Shown here: positions 12,910 through 24,000 of the stretch, in pieces
Numbering within the stretch: position 1 is the stretch's first letter
How the letters are laid out: the number at the start of each line of letters is the position of its first letter
NCBI GenBank assembly: GCA_040954595.2
Contig: CM082582.2
Coordinates: 496,001-560,000, forward strand
Length of the DNA stretch: 64,000 bases
Reading direction: 5' to 3'
Origin: Balanoglossus misakiensis
Lineage: Eukaryota; Animalia; Hemichordata
Notes under the pieces: model-generated
Database searches by the model: none
What the model saw: the letters and a program-made list of their open reading frames with translations, nothing else
Told to the model about the DNA's origin: nothing
Position numbers and translations under genes: made by a program

Positions 12910-13296
12910 TGTAGTAACCTCGATATGCCGTCTCAAATGGCGCCCTAATTCACATCAAAGGCCACAGGGTTCTATAGTATTTGCCGTTACCTAACTGGAG
13001 CTCACCATCGCCGACGAACATTCCTTGTCAGATGTCACAGAAAACGCTGCTCGGAACTTTACACGAACATTTAATGACTGAACATACAACACTGGCACTG
13101 GATGATGCGTCGCGGTGGTTGAAGTTTCCGTAGAAAACTGGCAAAAATCCCCAGGCTAACTGTGCAAAAGTCCTCACATGTGCGCCATGGAATTTTCCAG
13201 ATATTTTCTAAACAAAAGCGCATGCGCTAATGTACTCACAGCGCGAGGGCGCTAGACTAAATATTTCAGTTTCTCTAAGAACTGGGCGTCCTTACA
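12910..13296 (-). repeat. 3' LTR of BEL/Pao remnant 1 (387 bp)
   Basis: On the minus strand it starts TGTAAG directly after GGGGGCTGG and ends ACTACA at the satellite junction. The partner LTR is absent. Confidence 0.85.
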
Positions 13297-13305
13297 CCAG
13301 CCCCC
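13297..13305 (-). promoter_or_regulatory. Polypurine tract (plus-strand primer site)
   Basis: Minus strand GGGGGCTGG abuts TGT, a BEL-like PPT/LTR junction. Confidence 0.75.
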
Positions 13306-13664
13306 AAATTGTTCATGAAAAAACATTAACAATTTCCATCCTAGCAAATTCAAAACGCCAACATCCATATGTGCCGAAATTACATATCAAATAGAAATTA
13401 CAAAACAATATCTATAAATATCTCGAAACGCGAAGTCGAAAGTTTTTCAGGAAACGCGAATACAAGAATCCTTTTCTTCATGAATGTGATGATACATCCT
13501 TGACCATGCCCAGACCTCGTCCGGTCAATCATGCTGCCAAGCATGATATCCAACACATCTGTACTTCAAAGATGAGATCAAACGCTGGACGTAGTGGATA
13601 GACTGGCCACTACTTGAGATCGTTGTTATTACAGCTGCTGGTAACTGCAACCATACCAATACCA

Positions 13665-15856
13665 CTAAGTCTGTGCTTCCAGCAATGTGCACAACTTATC
13701 ATATGGTCTTTCTAAAACACTGGATCTGGTCTTCACCAATACTCGTCTCACCACCCCTTTCCGATCAGGCATAACTTTGACGATTACACCCAAAGGCCAC
13801 GCATTTCTGGAGGTGTTCTCATCCTTTTCCAATACAAATCTGACAGATACTGCACTTGCTTCCATCTGTGTACAGCATACAAGTCGTTCTTCTCCGTCAC
13901 ACCAGGGGGTGTTGCTGCTCCCTTCATAGTAAGCAACATACTGGGTGTCAATGCTTTTAAGTCTCTAACGTCGTCCGACGATACTGTAATCTCATGCGGT
14001 CCATCTGTACGACGACTTTTGTTCTTGGCACATCTCAACAATGTGTCACCCACTTTACGTATCCAGGCCACTGCTTTCTTCAGTTTATACCAACTGGAGT
14101 AGTGGTCTATCATTTTCTGAACCGTCTCCTCCGCATTAACGGACATGGATCGATCCGCCCCTTTGTCAGGCGTCTGTCGTTCTCCCGAAACAACAGGTAC
14201 TGTTCCCAACACAACGGGTACAGTTTCTTGTTCCGACCTCAAGGCTATTCTATGCACTAGTGCAGATTTCTTCACCTCTGGATCTTCTGGATCTAGCTGT
14301 GTATTGTAGCTATCACTTGGCCATTTGTCTTGTGTCTTCCGCAAGAAATCAGGACCACCTATCCATCTTTCGTTCTTCAGAAAAGCATCTGCCGGGTTGT
14401 CACTGGTATTAATGTAGCGCCAGTTCGCTGGGTCTGATCCTCCTCGAATCACTGCTAGTCTATTCGCCACGAAGGTATGAAATCTTGTGGTTTCGTTGTT
14501 CATGTACCGCAGCACGGTTTTGCTATCCGTCCAAAACACGGATTCATCGATTGGCAAATCCATCTCCTTTCTGAGAAGTTTGTCAAGCCTCACTGCTACA
14601 GTAGCTGCAGTTAATTCCATTCGTGGGATCGATATTTGCTTCAATGGAGCCACTCTTGCTTTGGCCATCATCAAAGTGCTGTGGATGTTTCCGCTTTTGT
14701 CGATCAACCTAAGATATGATACAGCGCCATATCCATTTTCGCTGGCATCAGCAAAGTGATGTAGCTGAGCTGTGTCTACTTCACCAAAGTGCTCGGGCTT
14801 TATACATCTGGGTACTGCGAAACACTCTTCTAATTTCGGTAGATCCCTCAACCAATTCTCCCACACTTTGCGTTGTTTTCCAGGAATATCATCATCCCAG
14901 CCTAGTTTTGCTTTACACAGCTGCTGCAAAAGCATCTTGGGTGGCAGAAGCGCTGGTGCTGCCATGCCCAGTGGGTCGTATAATGAACTAACCACTCCTA
15001 GAATTCCTCGTCTGGTCGCTGGTTTCTCTTTAGTACGATTTCTGAATCCGAATTCGTCAGATTCCACGTTCCACTGCATACCGAGTGCATGCTCCATTGG
15101 CAAGTCATCTCGCTCCAAGTCTAAGTTCTTCACCTCTATCGCCCTTTGTTCTTCAGGTATTGCTTCCAAAACTGGACGCGTATTGCTGATCCACTTTGTG
15201 AGCTTGAACCCTGATTTCTTACAGGTGTCTGTCAGCCCTTCAGCCAAAGACTTTCCTTCCATCACTGTTGATGCTGCCTTCAACATGTCATCAACGTAGA
15301 AGTTTCTAGATATGGTGTTCTTGACACTCAGATCAGAAGTATTGTCTGAAGCTCTCTTCAACGCGAAGTTTGCACAACTGGGTGACGATGTAGCCCCGAA
15401 GATGTGCACTGTCATTCGGTACTCGACAGGAGGTTCCTCTACATTACCATTAGGCCACCACAGAAAACGCTGGAAATCTCGGTTTTCTTGCGACACGCCA
15501 ACTTGAGAGAACATAGCCTCTATATCTGACATCAGTGCTATCCGCTCTTCACGAAAACGTATAAGCACTCCTACAAGTGAACTGGTCAGATCCGGTCCTT
15601 GCAATAATTCCTTGTTCAAAGAAGTTCCCTTGTATTCTGCACCACAGTCGAAGACTACCCGGATTTTCTGTTTCTGTGGATGGTATACTCCATGATGGGG
15701 AAGATACCATTTCTTTCCAGGATTGCCTTCCAATTCTTCCTGTGGCACCCTTTCAGCATAGCCTTTGTCTATAATACTTTCCATGAAGGTAGTATATTCT
15801 TGACGATAGTCATCGTTGTTTCTAAATTTCTTTCCCAACTGAGAAAGCCGATATTC
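13665..15856 (-). pseudogene. pol: BEL/Pao pol fragment: reverse transcriptase, Pao RNase H-like domain, integrase C-terminal remnant
   Basis: YLPHHGV, KIRVVFD, GPDL, FGATSSP, FYVDD, LHHFADAS, IPRMEL, FWTDS; then jumps to SSDD..LKALTPSMLL and, in another frame, WPLG..KVMPDRKGVVR. Confidence 0.93.
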
Positions 15857-18800
15857 TTCTAGGGCCTGGCTCGGCTAAATCTCCGTCACAATATGACAGA
15901 CACTAGCGTATGTTAGCAACGGTGATCAAGTCAGATTTTCTACGGCATGGCTTGGATAAAGCCCCGGCACTCTAGAGCAGAAACACGCGTACAGAGACCA
16001 CGTTGATCAAGTCTGATCTCCTACGGCTTGGCTCGACTGAAACCCTGGCACACTATGACAGACACTAGCGTTCGTTAGCAACGTTGATCAAGTCAGATTT
16101 CCTACGGCATGGCTTGGCTAAAGCCCTGGCACTGTAGAGCAGAAACACGCGTACAGAGACCACGTTGATCTACTCACATTTCCTTCGGCCTGGCACGGCT
16201 GATGCCCCGGCACTATATATAGGACACAGACTGGCGTAAGTTAACAACGGTAATCACGTCGGGTTTCCTACGGCCTGGCTCAGCTGAAGCCCCGGCACTC
16301 TAGAGCAGAAACAGGCGTACATTGACCACGTTGATCAAGTCAGATTTCCTACGGCGTGACTCGGCTGGTGCACCGGCTCTATATGACACAGACTGGCGTA
16401 AGTTATCAACGGTGATTACGTCGGATTTCCTACGGCCTGGTTTAGCTGAAGCCCCGGCACTTTAGAGCGGAAACACGCGTACATTGACCACGATGATCAA
16501 GTCAGATCTCCTACGGCCTGGCTCGACTAAAACCCCGGCACACCATGACAGACACTAGCGTTCGTTAGCAACGGTGATCAAGTCGGATTTCCTTCGGCCT
16601 GGCTCTGCAAAAGACCTGACACTCTAGTACAAAGACGTTGGCTAAGTCGGGCAAACCGAAGAGGGAAAGTCACAGCGGGTCAACACTCGACATTTGTTCG
16701 GGTAGGACTGCATTATTGCCTGTCAATTTATAGAGAAAGCTCGAATTTAACCAGGGCGTTTCAAACACCGACGTTAGTTGGGGGCACGGCCTGCAGTACT
16801 GCCGGGTAAGCTGACATCGGCGTACCGCATGTAATGTAGGGGGGGGGGGAGGGAAACAGAACGGTTCAATGCTACATTTATCAGATATCAGCTAATTTTG
16901 GACAATCATCTAAAATCTAAATCATTTTTTCATATTTGGATATCTGATGATGTATGAAATTTCCATTATATGTAAAAATGGTGCTGATTATAAAAATGCA
17001 CTCTGAATGAGCTGATTTAATACAAAATTGCGTTTTATTCGTTTTTGCACCAAAAAGGTCATTTTTAGGCAAAACATTCTTTATTTTTTAATTCGGTGAC
17101 CTGATCATATATAAACAATTGCTTGTATGTTAAAAGTTTTTCTGACTTTTAAAAGCAGTGACACTGGCGGCATTCAACACGAAAATAACAATTTTAGCCA
17201 CAATTTGGTCAAAATGGTAAATTTTTGAAAATTACAAAAAATACCTGTTTTCTACATTTTCGGAAATCTGATGGAGTATAGAATGCTCTTCGTATCTATA
17301 TATATCGATACAAATTCCACAAAAGACCGTCTAATTTGGCTCACTGCAGACAAATTGCGTTTTACCAAATTTTCCTTGAAAATGTCATTTTTAGAAAAAA
17401 AATAAAAAAACCTTTGTTCTTCGAATTTGGTGCCCTGATCATATATGACATGTTGATTGTATGTTAAAACTTTCGACCACTCCAAAAATGCAGAGATATT
17501 GACGGAATTCAAGAAAAAATAGCCATTTTGGCCATATTTTGACAAAAATGGTAAATTTTAAAAAAATCTTAAAAAATTAACTCTTTTCTTCATTTTCGGA
17601 AATATTATGGAGCATGAAGTGTCGTTCTCTTGTAAAAAGTGCTGCAAATTCCAGAAAAGGCGGTATAATTTGAATCACCCAAGTCAAAATTACCATTTTC
17701 GACATTTTCCGAAAAATTGTCTTTTTTACAAAATAAATAAGAATAAATTCTTTTCTTAGTTTCAAACGGGTAGAGATACTTTCCACACGGGTTTTCTAAC
17801 ATTGAATTCCCGTTCATCAACTCAGATTTCCTACAGCATAAGTCGGCTAAAACCCTGACACTCTAGAGCAGAAACAGTTGCACACTGGTAACGTTGAACA
17901 AGTCGATTTTTCTACGGCCTGGCTCGGCTAAATCTCCGTCAAAATATGACAGACACTAGCGTACGTTAGCAACGGTGATCAAGTCAGATTTTCTACGGCA
18001 TGGCTTGGATAAAGCCCCGGCACTCTAGAGCAGAAACACGCGTACAGAGACCACGTTGATCAAGTCTGTGTCCTATATATAGTGCCGGGGCATCAGCCGT
18101 GCCAGGCCGAAGGAAATGTGAGTAGATCAACGTGGTCTCCCGTGTGGAAAGTATCTCTACCCGTTTGAAACTAAGAAAAGAATTTATTCTTATTTATCTT
18201 GTAAAAAAGACAACGTTGATCAAGTCAGATTTCCTACGGCATGGCTTGGCTAAAGCCCTGGCACTCTAGAGCAGAAACACGCGTACAGAGACCACGTTGA
18301 TCTACTCACATTTCCTTCGGCCTGGCACGGCTGATGCCCCGGCACTATATATAGGACAAAGACTGGCGTAAGTTAACAACGGTAATCACGTCGGGTTTCC
18401 TACGGCCTGGCTCAGCTGAAGCCCCGGCACTCTAGAGCAGAAACATGCGTACATTGACCACGTTGATCAAGTCAGATTTCCTATGGCGTGACTCGGCTGG
18501 TGCACCGGCTCTATATGACACAGACTGGCGTAAGTTATCAACGGTGATTACGTCGGATTTCCTACGGCCTGGTTTAGCTGAAGCCCCGGCACTTTAGAGC
18601 GGAAACACGCGTATATTGACCACGATGATCAAGTCAGATCTCCTACGGCCTGGCTCGACTAAAACCCCGGCACACCATGACAGACACTAGCGTTCGTTAG
18701 CAACGGTGATCAAGTCGGATTTCCTTCGGCCTGGCTCTGCAAAAGACCCGACACTCTGGTACAAAGACGTTGGCTAAGTCGGGGAAAACGAAGAGGGAAA

Positions 18801-18894
18801 GTCACAGCGGGTCAACACTCGACATTTGTTCGGGTAGGACTGCATTATTGCCTGTCAATTTATAGAGAGAGCCCGAATTTAACCAGGGCGTTTC
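15857..18894 (-). repeat. Macrosatellite, inverted block (part a)
   Basis: Reverse complement of the monomer; poly-G at about 16838. Confidence 0.97.
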
Positions 18895-19242
18895 CAGGCA
18901 TGATCTTGAAAACTGTAATACCGAGGTCATGTGGTGGTGGCGCTGTTTTACTGGTCGCAGCTTAGTGATTACGGCTCCTGAAAATTGCTAGTTTTTTGCC
19001 TTAGATCTGATGCTTATGACTTATACGGCACATGGACTGGAACATGAAACTGTTCTTAATACCTAGAACCTTGTTTGAAATGTAAGTGTGCACTGTTCAT
19101 CTGGATTTCGCCATTCGGTTTTTCTTCTTCACCATATGTGTATTGAAGGACTGCACTGTACAATCTCTCTGGAGTGGCGGGAAATTTGTATTGTCATCCA
19201 AATAACTGTATTGTCTTCCAAAAATTTGCATTGCAAATCAAG

Positions 19243-21084
19243 ATGGCAACACAAAGGAAATCTGTCACCGGTGAATCCACAGTTCCATTAGACATTGAGC
19301 GACAGATGAAAGCAAAGTACCTGGATCGAGTAAACGACATGTCTCCACAAGAACTGAAATCATTCAGCAAATGGCCACTTGTCAAAGAGTTAAATGCCGA
19401 AATGACGCTCCTGCTACCTAATGTTGAAGCCGATCCCATTAAAAAGGTATGCCACTACATCGGAAACGCCTTGAATAACCGTGTCCAACAGCGCCTGGCA
19501 GAGGTAAGCCGTCCATCGTCACCGCCTTCTGCCAACTATGTCATTGACATGGTTACCTCTCCTATAAAGTCGCTAGTGAGTAGCTTTAGTCACAGCAACT
19601 CCGAAGTTGATTCGTCTGATATTACCCTGGAATCCGACAATGTTGAATCAACCCAGCGACCACCAAAAGCTGGTAAGAAAACCCCACGCAAGTCAAAGAA
19701 AAAGCGTCAAGCGGAAAAGAATCGTCAACAAAAATCACCCGGCACTGAATGTTACTGTACTGAAAACTGCAAACTTGATAGATCGGGTAATGGTGAAATG
19801 ATTCGGTGCAGCTTGTGTTATAGCTGGTTTCACCTAAAGTGCATAAATGTTGAAAATGAGGAACTGAACCGCTATTTCTGGCCATGCCATGACTGTAGAC
19901 GTCTGTCACATTCCGTCACTGCACTGAATAATCAAATTTCTGAATTTAAGGACACCAATGAATACCTACGGGATATATACTCATCCGCTACGAAAGAAAA
20001 CGCTGAATTAAAGGAGGAACTTCTCAAGCTCCGTGACGTAAATGCCGACCTGAAAATGAGACTACATACGGAACTGACTAAACAAAGTAACCGTCCGGAG
20101 GTAAGATCTCTAGGTACACAAACTAGTGATGATATGATCCAGACAGATGAGTCTCATGTCAGAGAGCAGCGTACACAAGACCAAACATTATTCGTTGGGG
20201 ACTCGTTACTTCGTTTCATATCCCCAGTAAATCACAATGCTACAGTGGAAGCTATTCCAGGTGCTACGATTAATGACATCCATGCTAACCTGTCTGCTAA
20301 ATGCAACGACAAATACAGGGAAATATATCTCCAAGTAGGAACAAATGACATCAGTAAGATGATTCCAACGGGTGATATCATAGCAAGCTACCTGGATTTG
20401 ATAAAACTCGCCAAAACCTTGTCAAATGATCGAGTCATCGTTCTCAGCATTCCGCCTCGGACAGACACTACTGATGTTCAACCAAAAATAGATGAAGTTA
20501 ACAATGAGCTTGCTTTGCTGTGCCAACGGGAAAACGTCAATTTCATTGACAACGATGGTACCTTCAAATTCCGTAATAACACAATTGATGCGTCTACACT
20601 CTATCGAGACGGCATTCACCTAAGTGTCAAAGGCATTCGTATTATGTTGACGAATGCTGGTCTCGAACAACTGTTCACACCGGGCAAATTTCAACGTCGA
20701 AGATGGGATAACCAATCGTCTACTCGCCCGGACGAATTTCAACGTCGAAGATGGGATAACCAATCGTTTACTCGCCCGGACGAATTTCAACGTCGAAGAT
20801 GGGATAACCAATCGTTTACTCGCCCTGGGCCAGCAGTTCAACGGCAAAGATACGAAAACACTTTTCTCAGCAGAAGACCGGAACAACATGTCGTAACCAA
20901 CAGAAACCCAAACGCCGGTCGTATGTTCTCGCAGCGTAACTTCTCGCAACCCGCAACAAATGTCAAATGTTTCAACTGCGGAGAGGATGGTCACGTGAGT
21001 CGTGTTTGTCGACATGGTGCAGCGGTAACTTGCTGGTCATGTGGCACTCAAGGGCACAAGTCAAAGAACTGTACCCGCGCCTGA
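19243..21084 (+). CDS. LINE ORF1: PHD finger, coiled coil, SGNH/GDSL esterase-like domain, two CCHC zinc knuckles
   Basis: CYC..C..MIRCSLCYSWFHLKC..WPCHDC; LFVGDSLLR, VGTND, DGIHL; CFNCGEDGHVSRVC and CWSCGTQGHKSKNC. The ATG at 19243 (aagATGg) is preferred over the GTG at 19174. Confidence 0.92.
   Translation: MATQRKSVTGESTVPLDIERQMKAKYLDRVNDMSPQELKSFSKWPLVKELNAEMTLLLPNVEADPIKKVCHYIGNALNNRVQQRLAEVSRPSSPPSANYVIDMVTSPIKSLVSSFSHSNSEVDSSDITLESDNVESTQRPPKAGKKTPRKSKKKRQAEKNRQQKSPGTECYCTENCKLDRSGNGEMIRCSLCYSWFHLKCINVENEELNRYFWPCHDCRRLSHSVTALNNQISEFKDTNEYLRDIYSSATKENAELKEELLKLRDVNADLKMRLHTELTKQSNRPEVRSLGTQTSDDMIQTDESHVREQRTQDQTLFVGDSLLRFISPVNHNATVEAIPGATINDIHANLSAKCNDKYREIYLQVGTNDISKMIPTGDIIASYLDLIKLAKTLSNDRVIVLSIPPRTDTTDVQPKIDEVNNELALLCQRENVNFIDNDGTFKFRNNTIDASTLYRDGIHLSVKGIRIMLTNAGLEQLFTPGKFQRRRWDNQSSTRPDEFQRRRWDNQSFTRPDEFQRRRWDNQSFTRPGPAVQRQRYENTFLSRRPEQHVVTNRNPNAGRMFSQRNFSQPATNVKCFNCGEDGHVSRVCRHGAAVTCWSCGTQGHKSKNCTRA
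20687..20826 (+). repeat. In-frame 48-bp tandem repeat x3 in ORF1
   Basis: aatttcaacgtcgaagatgggataaccaatcg at 20687, 20735 and 20783, encoding FQRRRWDNQS(S/F)TRP. Confidence 0.95.
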
Positions 21085-24000
21085 GAAGCCGGCCATGATG
21101 AGTGTGCCGAAAATACTACTAGTCATGGTGACATCACATCAACTTCACCGAAACCACATGTTGATCCTACTGCGAACTCCAGTAGTCACCCATTTCATGA
21201 TCTCACTACTTCAAAAGGTATACGTATTGGTTTTTGGAACATTCAACATTTAACCAACAAGATTGATGAATTGCGCTTAAAATTGAACAATAACATTAAA
21301 CCTTTCGATGTTCTTATTTTGAGTGAAACATTTCTCAGTGACCTTCATTGTGATGCAGATTTTATCATTAATGGGTACGAATCATGCAGAAAAGACAGGT
21401 CAACTGGACCTGGTGGTGGCCTTCTCGCTTATGTTAACTCGAATTTCACCTTCAAACGCAGGCATGATCTTGAAAACTGTAATACCGAGGTCATCATAAT
21501 TGAACTGTCTATTAATTACGCCCGTCCAATCTTTGTAATTGGTATTTATAGACCACCTAGTTCAACTCTTTCTGTTGACAAAGTTATTGAGAGTATTATC
21601 GAATCTGTTTATTTAGAAAACAAAGAAATGATTGTATTGGGTGATTTTAACTTCAACCTCCTGAGTCCAAATGGGAGGAATAGCTATCTGTATAAGTGTA
21701 TGGAATCTATGAATTTTAGTCAACTCGTCACCACTGTAACTCGCCCCATATCGGGAACCTTGCTTGATCACATTTATGTAAATAGTCCTAGTAACATTTC
21801 GAGAACCTGTATCCCTAAGGTTGGTCTTTCCGACCACTATCCTGTTTGTGTTATACGACGTTACCATGCCAACAATTGTAATACGGGCTCACATATTTAT
21901 GTTACCAGTAGGCATTTTCGAAACTTTCATGCAAACAGCTTTATCGATGACTTAAACTCTGCTTTTGAGTCTTATTGTCATACAGACGATGTAAATACTG
22001 CGTTTATGGACTGGGCAACTTTTTTTAATGACATCTGCAATACGCATGCACCAAGAGTTGTTCGAAGGGTGAAGCGGCTACGACAACCACCATGGTTTTC
22101 TTCGGAGATTTTGGAGCTAATTCATGTTAGAGACTTTCATCTCGATAAAGCCGTGCGTTCCAACTCGCATGATGACTGGAGTATGTATAGAACACTAAGA
22201 AATAAGGTAGTTCACTTTATAACCACCGAGAAGCGTCGCTACTATAGAAGTATTTTTTCTGCAAATTCCAGTAATCCAACTGTTGTATGGCGTACTGTAC
22301 ATGACATTCTTTCAAATGATAACGCCTGTTCGCAAAGTCCTCGCATCACTTCCAATAACAGAACACTGTCGAATCACAAAGACATTGCAGATGCCTTCAA
22401 TGATTATTTCACCAGTATTGTTGTTGAGTACCGCCAAAGTCTTCCTGGCCACTCAGATTTGGCAATCACGAAAACGTGGGTTAATTCACAAATGAGCCCA
22501 AATTTACCTTCTTTTCAGCTGCCCCAAATCCCATTTAATTTTGTGATGGAGCAACTAGCATCGTTAGATGCTACCAAATCTCATGGTTTTGACAATGTCT
22601 CCCCCAAACTTCTTAAAATCGGGGCAAATAGTATAGCGGGTCGCATTACTAATATGTTCAATTTGTCAATAACGAATGGTACTTTCCCTGATTGCTTTAA
22701 ATGTGCCAGAGTTGTACCCATACATAAGAACGGGCCGAAACATGTTATTAGTAATTACAGGCCCATATCAATCTTGCCTGCTTTATCAAAGATACTTGAG
22801 AGACACGTTTATAACAGTCTGTACACTTATCTACAGAATAATAAGTTAATTATGAGTTCGCAGTCGGGTTTCAGACGCTTTCATTCATGTAATACCGCAT
22901 TGCTGAAGCTTACAGATCAACTTTTAAGAAATATTGATAATGGTCTGTACAATGGCCTAATGTATCTTGACTTATGTAAGGCCTTTGACTTGGTCGATCA
23001 TGATATTCTTTTAAGGAAATTGTCCATTTACGGTGTTAATGATGTATCTTTAAAATGGTTTCGTTCATATCTCTCGAATAGATGTCAATTTGTCAGTTAC
23101 ATGGGTGAGGAATCAAAGACTTTACCTGTTGTTTGTGGTTTTCCACAAGGTTCCATTTTAGGACCTCTTTTGTTTTTAATTTTCATTAATGATTTACCTT
23201 TGAGTCTCAGCATGGGCAACATTGATATGTTTGCTGATGATCAAACACTTTGTGTCTCTGGCATCTCTATTAATGAGGTTGGTACAAAACTTCAAGAGGA
23301 CGTTTTACCAATTTCCACATGGGTTTCAAATAATGCCATGTCAATTAACACCACCAAGACAAAATGGATGATTGTTGCCTCTCGCCCAAAGGTTAATAAT
23401 GTGTCCGAGCACAGTGTCACTCCCAATATTAGGATCAATAATACTTGCATTTCTTGTGTTTCTTCTCACACACTTCTTGGAATAGAGATTGACAATGCTT
23501 TAACATGGGATACTCATATAGATAACTTAAGTAGAAAATTGTCAATGCGGATTGGGGTACTGAGGAAATTGCGACCTTTGACCCCAAGGCATACTCTTAT
23601 GTTGGTTTATAATGCTATTTTCCTTTCTATAATTGATTACTGTTGCACTGTTTGGGGCAACACATCAAAAACCAATCTACAGAGAATTTATAAACTTCAG
23701 AAAAGAGCCGGCAGAGTAATTTTAGGAGTAGACATTACATTTCCTTCTCGTTCTCTTCTGACAACTCTTCATTGGTTGCCCATTGATATTAGAATTGAGT
23801 ATTTCATTGCTGTTCAAACTTTCAAGATACTACATGGCCTGGCGCCTGATTATTTAAATGAATTTTCCTATGTTTCTGAGATGTACAATTTTACCACTAG
23901 ATCTGTCAGCAACGCTAATTTGTATGTGCCCACTTTTAAAACAGCAACTGGGCAAAGGTCTTTTATGTATCGAGCAACAAATATCTGGAACAATATTCCC

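Larger units (their letters stand above)
12910..15856 (-). mobile_element. BEL/Pao LTR retrotransposon remnant 1 (RT-RNaseH, deleted integrase, 3' LTR; 5' half missing)
   Basis: Pao-type pol motifs in the ORFs, a polypurine tract and a TG..CA bounded LTR; flanked on both sides by satellite. Confidence 0.95.

Noticed and set aside
13687-15862. Plus-strand ORFs over BEL pol (and similar shadow ORFs over the other elements)
   Set aside because: Antisense or off-frame shadows of real retroelement frames.
16636-16700. tRNA/SINE-like A box (TGGCTAAGTCGG)
   Set aside because: No convincing B box or cloverleaf; the motif is a diverged edge of the 81-mer.
16786-16905. snRNA or SL RNA resemblance (TGCAGTACTGCCGGG like the U2 3' loop; GGTAAG followed by AATTTTGG)
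   Set aside because: Only isolated short matches; no U2 5' domain, a poly-G run intervenes, and the Sm-like site is paralogous to an AT-subunit motif. An Rfam scan would settle it.
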